Origin: Chitinophagaceae bacterium
GTDB lineage: Bacteria > Bacteroidota > Bacteroidia > Chitinophagales > Chitinophagaceae
Assembly (NCBI GenBank): GCA_044225015.1
Contig: JBGAJG010000002.1
Coordinates: 62,113 to 126,112, forward strand
Direction of reading: 5' to 3'
Length of the DNA: 64,000 nt
Shown here: one piece after another, positions 56,675 to 64,000 of the stretch
Position numbering within the stretch: position 1 is the stretch's first letter
Layout of the letters: each line of letters begins with the position of its first letter
Position numbers and translations under genes: made by a program
Notes under the pieces: model-generated
Seen by the model: the letters and a program-made list of their open reading frames with translations, nothing else
What the model was told of the DNA's origin: nothing
The model's database searches: none

Positions 56675-57940
56675 TCAGATGAGGTAACTGAAGAGTGTAT
56701 CGTCTTTATTGATTTCTTTGTAGTCGATCCCCTTTGATTTCATTCTGGATATAAACATTTCATAATCACTACGGCTCTGTAACTCAATGCCTATGAGGGC
56801 AGGACCGGCCTCTTTGTTCGTTTTCTGCATGTATTCAAAACGGGTGATATCGTCAGTGGGTCCAAGGATTTCGCTCACAAACTCTTTCAATGCGCCCGGC
56901 CTTTGTGCGAAGCTGATCAGGAAATAGTGTTTAAGTCCTTCATATTGCAGGGACCTTTCCTTGATCTCAGGCATCCGGTCAATGTCGTTGTTACTGCCAC
57001 TGACTACGCAAACCACATTTTTCCCCTGGATATCATCCCTGAAATCATCCAGTGCCGCAATAGACAGTGCACCTGCAGGTTCCACCACAATGGCGTCATG
57101 GTTATACAACTGTAAGATGGTGGAGCAGATTTTCCCTTCCGGCACCAGTTCCATATCATCCAGTACTTCTTTGCAGATGGAGTAGGTGAGTTCACCAACC
57201 CGTTTTACGGAGGCGCCGTCAACAAACCGATCTATATGATCAAGTGTTACGGGATGTCCATTCCTGAAAGCTTCTTTCATGGAGGGTGCTCCTTCCGGTT
57301 CAATACCAATCACCCTGGTATGGGGTGAAAAGGTTTTGAACGCCAGGCCTACACCGGCAGAAAGGCCGCCGCCGCCTACGGGGAGGAATAATACATCCAC
57401 GTGCTGCAGATCCTGCAGGATCTCAAGGCCAACAGTGGATTGCCCCTCAATGATCCTTATATCATCAAAAGGAGGAATAAATGTCATGCCATGTTGTTCC
57501 GTGTAGGCTTTTGCCGCCACGGCACATTCATCGAAATTATCACCGATGAGCCTGATCTCCACCGCGTCTTCGCCAAACATGCGGGTCTGGTGGATTTTCT
57601 GCCTCGGTGTGATCACGGGCATGAAAATCACGCCGCGCACGCCCAGTTTTTTACAGCTGTACGCAAAACCCTGTGCATGATTGCCGGCACTGGCACAAAC
57701 TACGCCTTTGCACAGTTTCTCGTGCGGTAACCGGCTCATCATATTGTAAGCACCACGCAGCTTGTAGGAACGCACCACCTGCAAGTCCTCTCTTTTCAGG
57801 TATACGTTACAGTTATACTTGCGGGATAGGTTGAGGTTGAAGGTAAGCGGCGTTTTATAGGCCACCTTCTTCACGGTGTCCAGGGCTCCATTGAAATCAA
57901 AGCCCAGTTCCATAGCCAGCTGCGTGGTGTTATGTATCAT
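56675..57940 (-). CDS. ilvA: Threonine ammonia-lyase (biosynthetic threonine dehydratase)
   Basis: 421 aa. PLP-lysine context SYKLRGAYN, GGGGL loop and a C-terminal ACT-like regulatory domain. Confidence 0.92.
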   Translation of the reverse strand: MIHNTTQLAMELGFDFNGALDTVKKVAYKTPLTFNLNLSRKYNCNVYLKREDLQVVRSYKLRGAYNMMSRLPHEKLCKGVVCASAGNHAQGFAYSCKKLGVRGVIFMPVITPRQKIHQTRMFGEDAVEIRLIGDNFDECAVAAKAYTEQHGMTFIPPFDDIRIIEGQSTVGLEILQDLQHVDVLFLPVGGGGLSAGVGLAFKTFSPHTRVIGIEPEGAPSMKEAFRNGHPVTLDHIDRFVDGASVKRVGELTYSICKEVLDDMELVPEGKICSTILQLYNHDAIVVEPAGALSIAALDDFRDDIQGKNVVCVVSGSNNDIDRMPEIKERSLQYEGLKHYFLISFAQRPGALKEFVSEILGPTDDITRFEYMQKTNKEAGPALIGIELQSRSDYEMFISRMKSKGIDYKEINKDDTLFSYLI

Positions 57941-59034
57941 TATGCATTTGCTTTTTCTGTACCGGGAACCTTGATTCCGGAAGCAGAGGGTTGATTTTCA
58001 GGCCTCAGGCTCCTGACGGTCTTACCCGCCTGCCACAGTTCGCTGTCCCTCAGTTCTGCCAGTTCTTTTTCCAGGCCTTCCCTGTAGTCTGCCTTGCTGT
58101 TGCTGTCAATGCTGCGCTGGCTTTCTTTACCTGCAGCTACGCTGTCATATAGTTCATTGAAGACGGGCAGTGTTGCATCCCTGAATTTTTTCCACCAGTC
58201 CAGGGCACCCCTTTGTGCAGTGGTGGAACAGTTAGCATACATCCAGTCCATTCCGTTCTCTGCCACCAGCGGCATAAGGCTCTGTGTCAGTTCTTCTACT
58301 GTTTCGTTGAAGGCTTCAGAAGGAGAATGGCCCCTTTCACGCAGTACCTGGTACTGTGCGGCAAAGATGCCCTGTATGCATCCCATCAGGGTTCCACGCT
58401 CTCCTGTAAGGTCGCTATATACTTCTTTCTTGAAATTGGTCTCAAACAGATATCCGGATCCGATGGCAATGCCCAGCGCCACTACACGGTCAAATGCTTT
58501 GCCTGTGGCATCCTGGAATATGGCATAGGAGCTGTTCAATCCACGTCCTTGCAGGAACATCCTGCGCAATGAGGTGCCAGATCCCTTGGGGGCAACCAAA
58601 AACACATCCACATCCGCCGGGGGAACAATACCCGTCTGGTGGTTATAGGTGATACCGAATCCATGGGAGAAATACAGTGCTTTGCCGGGTGTGAGGTGCT
58701 TTTTAACGGTAGGCCACATGGCTATCTGGGCGGCGTCACTCAGCAAATAACAAATGATGGTGCCTTTTTCCAGTGCCTCCTCTATTTCAAAAAGGGATTC
58801 GCCTGGAACAAATCCATCCCTCACGGCTTTATCCCAGCTTTTGGAATTCTTGCGCTGGCCCACAATGACATTGATTCCGTTTTCTTTTTGGTTGAGTGCC
58901 TGACCGGGGCCCTGAACGCCATAGCCGATCACGGCAACCACTTCATTTTTCAGCACCTGCTGTGCTTTTGACAGTGGGAATTCTTCCCTGGTTACCACAT
59001 TTTCCTCTACGCCACCGAAATTGAGCTTTGCCAT
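57940..59034 (-). CDS. ilvC: Ketol-acid reductoisomerase
   Basis: 364 aa. GYGVQGPGQALN Rossmann motif. About 25 aa of C-terminal extension. Confidence 0.94.
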   Translation of the reverse strand: MAKLNFGGVEENVVTREEFPLSKAQQVLKNEVVAVIGYGVQGPGQALNQKENGINVIVGQRKNSKSWDKAVRDGFVPGESLFEIEEALEKGTIICYLLSDAAQIAMWPTVKKHLTPGKALYFSHGFGITYNHQTGIVPPADVDVFLVAPKGSGTSLRRMFLQGRGLNSSYAIFQDATGKAFDRVVALGIAIGSGYLFETNFKKEVYSDLTGERGTLMGCIQGIFAAQYQVLRERGHSPSEAFNETVEELTQSLMPLVAENGMDWMYANCSTTAQRGALDWWKKFRDATLPVFNELYDSVAAGKESQRSIDSNSKADYREGLEKELAELRDSELWQAGKTVRSLRPENQPSASGIKVPGTEKANA

Positions 59035-59073
59035 ATTTGTTTGTTTTTTTTAAATGATGATTGGTTTCCTGAA

Positions 59074-59661
59074 TTACATGGTGAATACTTCCTGTTGTTT
59101 GCCGAGGTATTCATTTTCAATTACCTCTTCTCCAGGCTCGCGGTATTCAAATTCTTTGAGTTTTTCGTGGAAGCCGGCGCTGTTTTTAATAATAGCTACC
59201 CTCGCACTGCGTACAAACTCGATCAGCCCAAAAGGTTCCAGTACGGAGACGAGCCGGTCTGTCTCTTCACGCTGGCCGGTGGTTTCAAAGATGGTGTAGT
59301 CCTTTCTGATTACCACAGCCCTGGCACCATACTCCCGCAATAGCCTTTCCACTTTTGCCTTCTCGGCAATCACTTCTGTGGGCACTTTATACAGGGCCAA
59401 CTCCTGCCAAACGATTTCTTCATTGGTGTTGTAATAAGCCTTGAGTACATCCACCTGTTTTTCGATCTGTTTCACCAGTTTCTTCACTACCTCTTCTGCT
59501 TCATGGATAAGGATGGTGAAACGATGGATGCCTTCAATCTCAGAGGGGGAGGTGTTCAGGCTCTCAATATTGATCTTCCTCCTTGAAAACATGATCGCAA
59601 TCCTGTTCAAAAGCCCTATCTGGTTTTCAGTGTATACCGTTATCGTATATTCCTGTTTCAT
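59074..59661 (-). CDS. ilvN: Acetolactate synthase small (regulatory) subunit
   Basis: 195 aa. ACT domain TITVYTENQIGLLNRIAIMFSRRKINIESL. Confidence 0.92.
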   Translation of the reverse strand: MKQEYTITVYTENQIGLLNRIAIMFSRRKINIESLNTSPSEIEGIHRFTILIHEAEEVVKKLVKQIEKQVDVLKAYYNTNEEIVWQELALYKVPTEVIAEKAKVERLLREYGARAVVIRKDYTIFETTGQREETDRLVSVLEPFGLIEFVRSARVAIIKNSAGFHEKLKEFEYREPGEEVIENEYLGKQQEVFTM

Positions 59662-59697
59662 ATTAATTGCTAATTGCCAATGGCTGATTGTTAATTA
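59662..59697. repeat. Single-arm copy of the CAATTRR heptamer element filling the ilvB-ilvN spacer
   Basis: ATTAATTGCTAATTGCCAATGGCTGATTGTTAATTA. The adjoining TTGTTAATTACTAKTTCAG matches 56018-56036, including the stop-codon position. Confidence 0.7.
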
Positions 59698-61449
59698 CTA
59701 TTTCAGTCTGATCTCACTCACGCCGCAACCCTGGGGCACCATGGGGAATACGTTGTTCTCTTTACCCACCATCACTTCCAGCATGAAAGCGCCCGGATGT
59801 TCAAGCATTTCTTTGACGGCCGCTTCCAGGTCCTGGCGTTCACTGACCTGTTTACCTGCAATGCCATAACCTTTGGCTACCTGCACGTAATCCGGACTTT
59901 CAATATCCACGAATGAATAGCGTCTCTCATGGAACAGTTGTTGCCATTGGCGCACCATACCCAGGAAGCGATTATTAAGGATGAGGATTTTCAGGTTCAC
60001 CTTGGATTGCATGATGGTTCCAAATTCCTGGATGGTCATCTGGATGCCGCCATCGCCAATGATGGATACAACGGTACGGTCTGGCGCACCAAATTTTGCG
60101 CCGATGCCTGCCGGTAAGCCAAAGCCCATGGTCCCCAGGCCTCCGGATGTGACATTGCTCTTACTTTGTGTGAACTGGGCGTAGCGGCAGGCTACCATCT
60201 GGTGCTGCCCCACATCTGTTACAATCACGGCATCTCCCCCTGTTTGTTCATTAAGGATCCTGATGACCTCGCCCATGGACAGGATGTCTGTGGAAGGATT
60301 CAACTCATCGTGGATCACTACGCGTTCTTCTTCCTGCTGGCATTCTTTGAATTTCTGCAGCCATTGGGGAAAAAACCGGGTTTCAATTTTCTCTGTCAGC
60401 AGGGGCAGGGTTTCTTTACAATCACCCCACACCGCAACAGCGGTCTTTACATTTTTATCAATTTCAGAGGGATCGATGTCCAGATGGATCACCTTAGCCT
60501 GTTTGGCATATTTATCCAGGCGGCCCGTTACCCTGTCGTCAAAGCGCATACCCACGGCAATCAATACATCGCACTGGTTGGTAAGCAGGTTGGGTCCGTA
60601 ATTGCCATGCATACCCAGCATACCCACATTCAACGGATGATCTGTGGGCAGCGCACTGAGGCCAAGGATCGTCCATGCTGCCGGAATGCCCGCTTTCTCA
60701 ATAAAAGCCTTGAATTCTTTCTCGGCCTTACCCAGGATGACACCCTGACCGAAAATAACGAAGGGCCTTTCCGCGGCATTGATCAGCTTCGCTGCTTCCT
60801 CAATAAATTCTTTGCGCACTGCAGGCTTGGGACGATAGCTGCGGATGTGGTTGCATTTCTGATATCCTTCAAAATTAAAAAGCTGTAGTTGTGCATTTTT
60901 GGTGATGTCAATCAGGACGGGCCCTGGCCTTCCACTTTTGGCGATATAAAATGCTTTGGCTAATACTGACGGAATTTCTGCAGCATCAGTTACCTGGTAA
61001 TTCCACTTGGTCACAGGCGTTGTAATATTGATCACATCCGTTTCCTGGAATGCATCCGTACCCAGGAGGTGGGCAAACACCTGACCTGTGATACACACCA
61101 GCGGGGTTGAATCAATCATTGCATCCGCGAGCCCGGTCACCAGGTTGGTGGCGCCTGGTCCGCTGGTTGCAAACACGATGCCCGTTTTGCCACTTACCCT
61201 CGCGTATCCCTGTGCCGCATGAATGGCACCCTGCTCATGCCGCACGAGGATGTGTTGCAGTTTTTCCCGGTAATCATACAGTGCATCATAGATGGGCATG
61301 ATGGCACCACCGGGATAACCGAAGATAGTGCTCACACCTTCTGCAAGACAGGATTCCAGCACGGCCACAGAGCCACTGACCTGCAAACTGCGAGCCGTCT
61401 CCTGCGAACTGCGAACTGCCTCCTGCGAACTAACTTCTGCCGTATTCAT
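59698..61449 (-). CDS. ilvB: Acetolactate synthase large subunit
   Basis: 583 aa. ThDP-binding motif GGLGTMGFGLPAGIGA ... IGDGG ... NN. Confidence 0.95.
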   Translation of the reverse strand: MNTAEVSSQEAVRSSQETARSLQVSGSVAVLESCLAEGVSTIFGYPGGAIMPIYDALYDYREKLQHILVRHEQGAIHAAQGYARVSGKTGIVFATSGPGATNLVTGLADAMIDSTPLVCITGQVFAHLLGTDAFQETDVINITTPVTKWNYQVTDAAEIPSVLAKAFYIAKSGRPGPVLIDITKNAQLQLFNFEGYQKCNHIRSYRPKPAVRKEFIEEAAKLINAAERPFVIFGQGVILGKAEKEFKAFIEKAGIPAAWTILGLSALPTDHPLNVGMLGMHGNYGPNLLTNQCDVLIAVGMRFDDRVTGRLDKYAKQAKVIHLDIDPSEIDKNVKTAVAVWGDCKETLPLLTEKIETRFFPQWLQKFKECQQEEERVVIHDELNPSTDILSMGEVIRILNEQTGGDAVIVTDVGQHQMVACRYAQFTQSKSNVTSGGLGTMGFGLPAGIGAKFGAPDRTVVSIIGDGGIQMTIQEFGTIMQSKVNLKILILNNRFLGMVRQWQQLFHERRYSFVDIESPDYVQVAKGYGIAGKQVSERQDLEAAVKEMLEHPGAFMLEVMVGKENNVFPMVPQGCGVSEIRLK

Positions 61450-61460
61450 ATCCTAAAAGT

Positions 61461-63146
61461 TTATTTGATCTCATCGGTTACACAACCATCGGCCGCACTG
61501 CTTACCTGCCTGGCATATTTGTACAGAATGCCGTTGGTTGCTTTAAGGGGCGGACAAACCCATGCCGCCTTTCTCTTTTGAATGGTTTCTTCATCAATCA
61601 ATACGTCAATCTTCCTGTTGGTAACATCGATCCTGATGACATCATTATCCTGCACAATAGCGATGTTACCTCCTTTGTAAGCTTCCGGCGTGATATGCCC
61701 CACTACAAAACCGTGGGTGCCGCCACTGAACCTGCCATCCGTGATCAGGGCAACTGATTTTCCCAGTCCGGCACCAATAATGGCCGATGTTGGCTTTAAC
61801 ATTTCAGGCATACCCGGAGCACCTACCGGACCCACATTGCGGATCACCACCACGTCTCCATGCTTAACCCTTCCGCTGCTGATCCCTGCAATCAATTCCT
61901 GCTCTCCGTCAAACACACGAGCCGGGCCTTCAAAAAATTCGCCTTCTTTTCCAGTGATCTTGGCTACACTGCCACCGGTGGCAAGATTTCCATACAGGAT
62001 CTGTAAATGCCCCGTTACCTTGATGGGCGTTTCCAGGGGCAGGATAATTTTCTGCGCATCAAAATCCAGGTCCGGCACTTTTTCCAAATTCTCTGCGATG
62101 GTCTTCCCGGTTACGGTAAGGCAATCCCCATGCAGGAATCCTTTCTTCAATAAATATTTCATCACGGCAGGCACACCACCGATCTTATGCAGGTCTTCCA
62201 TCAGGTATTTACCACTGGGTTTCAGGTCTGCGATCAACGGCGTGATATTGCTGAGCGTTTGGAAATCATCCTGAGTAAGGTTTACCTGCACGCTCTTTGC
62301 CATGGCTATCAGATGCAGAACCGCATTGGTGGAGCCCCCCAATACCATGAGTACACGAATGGCATTTTCAAATGCCTTACGCGTCATGATATCGCTGGGT
62401 TTGATATCTTTTTCCAGCAAGAGGCGGATGGCCCTGCCGGCATCTTCACATTCTTTTTGTTTCTCCGGGCTGATGGCAGGATTAGAGGATGAATAGGGCA
62501 GGCTCATACCCAGCGCTTCAATAGCAGAAGCCATCGTATTGGCTGTGTACATACCACCACAGGCACCGGGGCCCGGACAGGAGTTCATTACGATGCCCTT
62601 GAAATCACCATCGCTCAGCTGACCTGCAATCTTCTGACCCAGCGCTTCAAAGGAAGAGATGATATTCAGGTCCTGGCCTTTATAATGACCAGGTGCAATG
62701 GTTCCGCCATAGACCATGATGGCAGGCCTGTTGAGGCGCCCCATTGCAATCAATGATCCCGGCATGTTTTTATCACAGCCCGGTACTGCAATCAGCGCAT
62801 CATAATACTGTGCACCACATACTGCTTCAATAGAATCGGCAATGATGTCCCTGCTCACCAGAGAATAACGCATGCCGGGTGTTCCATTAGACATTCCGTC
62901 ACTCACCCCAATGGTGTGAAAAGTTAGTCCCACAAGATCATTGGCCCACACAGATTTTTTAATGGATGCTGCGAGGTCATTCAAATGCATATTGCAGGTA
63001 TTGCCGTCATAGCCCATACTTACAACACCTACCTGCGCTTTAGCCAGGTCTGCGTCCGTAAGCCCAATACCATATAACATCGCCTGTGCTGCTGGCTGTG
63101 TCACATCCTGTGTAAGAACCTTACTATACTTATTCAATTCTGCCAT
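61461..63146 (-). CDS. ilvD: Dihydroxy-acid dehydratase
   Basis: The MAELNKYSK start at 63146 is likely (track start 63164 would overlap ilvE by 14 nt). Conserved CDKNMPG and TDGRFSGGT motifs. Confidence 0.94.
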   Translation of the reverse strand: MAELNKYSKVLTQDVTQPAAQAMLYGIGLTDADLAKAQVGVVSMGYDGNTCNMHLNDLAASIKKSVWANDLVGLTFHTIGVSDGMSNGTPGMRYSLVSRDIIADSIEAVCGAQYYDALIAVPGCDKNMPGSLIAMGRLNRPAIMVYGGTIAPGHYKGQDLNIISSFEALGQKIAGQLSDGDFKGIVMNSCPGPGACGGMYTANTMASAIEALGMSLPYSSSNPAISPEKQKECEDAGRAIRLLLEKDIKPSDIMTRKAFENAIRVLMVLGGSTNAVLHLIAMAKSVQVNLTQDDFQTLSNITPLIADLKPSGKYLMEDLHKIGGVPAVMKYLLKKGFLHGDCLTVTGKTIAENLEKVPDLDFDAQKIILPLETPIKVTGHLQILYGNLATGGSVAKITGKEGEFFEGPARVFDGEQELIAGISSGRVKHGDVVVIRNVGPVGAPGMPEMLKPTSAIIGAGLGKSVALITDGRFSGGTHGFVVGHITPEAYKGGNIAIVQDNDVIRIDVTNRKIDVLIDEETIQKRKAAWVCPPLKATNGILYKYARQVSSAADGCVTDEIK

Positions 63147-63150
63147 GCTG

Positions 63151-64000
63151 TTAGATTGTTGCAACCGCCTGTTTTTCGGTTACCCTGTCTTTATATTCCA
63201 ATTGTATCTTTCTGCCGAGGCTTTCATTCCAGGCCAGGGGAAACTGATATTGATCGATGGAGGCCCAGCCAATCACTTCTGCTGCTGTTCCGCAGAAAAA
63301 TGCGGAATCTGCCTGCTGTAATTCTTCCAGTGTACAGGCCTTCTCTACCACTGTAATGCCTGCATCTTCGCAGATCTCCAATACGGTGGCGCGTGTGATG
63401 CCGGTAAGGATATTGCCTGCTGCAGGCGTATATAAGACACCATCTTTTTCAAAAAACATATTGGCTCCCGGACCTTCCGCAATGAATCCGTTCATATCAC
63501 TCAGCAAGGCCTCGTCATACCCCTTTGCTTTGGCATCCTGGCTGGCTAATATGGAGTTTACATAATGGCCACAGGCTTTCGCGTGGATGTGGAATCCTTT
63601 TGGATTGGGGCGTTGGTAAGATGAGCCATACACTTTCAAAAGTTTATCGCCCAAAAATGGCTGCATTTCCCAGGTCATAATGGCCAGGTGGGATTCCGTG
63701 TTGGGATTGAAACTCATATTGGCGGGTGCGTACACCAAAGGCCTGATATAGGCATCCTGTTGGTTATTCTGCTTCAGTACGGCATAGGTAGCTTCAATGA
63801 GTTCTTCCACCTGCCAGGTGTATGGAAGGTTCAGCGCTTCTGCAGATTTTTGCAATCTTTCATAATGCTCAACCGGCTTAAAGATTTTCGTTTCCCCAGA
63901 TGCCGTCTTGTAGGAACGGATCCCTTCAAACACGCCATATCCATAATGCAGGGATTGACCATACAGATCCGTACTAGCTTCACCAGCCTTCACCACTTTA
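63151..64000 (-). CDS. ilvE: Branched-chain amino acid aminotransferase, 5' end beyond the window
   Basis: [21 protein letters not shown] and GITR motifs of fold-type IV aminotransferases. The frame is still open at nt 64000. Confidence 0.88.
   Translation of the reverse strand, partial: KVVKAGEASTDLYGQSLHYGYGVFEGIRSYKTASGETKIFKPVEHYERLQKSAEALNLPYTWQVEELIEATYAVLKQNNQQDAYIRPLVYAPANMSFNPNTESHLAIMTWEMQPFLGDKLLKVYGSSYQRPNPKGFHIHAKACGHYVNSILASQDAKAKGYDEALLSDMNGFIAEGPGANMFFEKDGVLYTPAAGNILTGITRATVLEICEDAGITVVEKACTLEELQQADSAFFCGTAAEVIGWASIDQYQFPLAWNESLGRKIQLEYKDRVTEKQAVATI

Overview
This is a chromosomal window from a Bacteroidota genome, probably Chitinophagia or Sphingobacteriia-like. The phylum call is an inference from three things: TAnnTTTG -7 promoter boxes upstream of many genes, the tRNA-Thr/Tyr/Gly/Thr-tuf-tRNA-Trp-secE-nusG-rplKAJL-rpoB layout, and T9SS-type genes. 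Positions 1-9333 are the right arm of a prophage inserted at the 3' end of tRNA-Gln. It carries tail-fibre-like genes, a lysis cassette with an M15 endolysin, a secreted esterase-malectin fusion, a separately promoted cassette of six small unknown genes, and a tyrosine integrase. The rest is core genome: an SGNH hydrolase, tyrS, a PorV-like/PorU-like (C25 peptidase, 1686 aa) pair next to a YfhO-like/methyltransferase/GT2 glycosylation cluster, ribE, rpsU, a Xer-type recombinase, hpf, tRNAs, tuf and the secE-nusG-rplKAJL-rpoB supercluster. That supercluster is interrupted three times (LacI plus a histone-H1-like gene; two LamG paralogs; no rpoC after rpoB). Further on lie thrABC with a Thr/Ile-rich leader peptide missed by the ORF track, a GT2/GT-C pair, ppc, a porin-amtB-gltDB nitrogen block and the ilvEDBNCA operon. 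Degenerate tandem 7-8-mer, partly palindromic, intergenic elements recur at gene ends and at the synteny breaks. All calls come from reading the sequence and translations. No database search was run. RNA and motif coordinates are good to about +/-2 nt.
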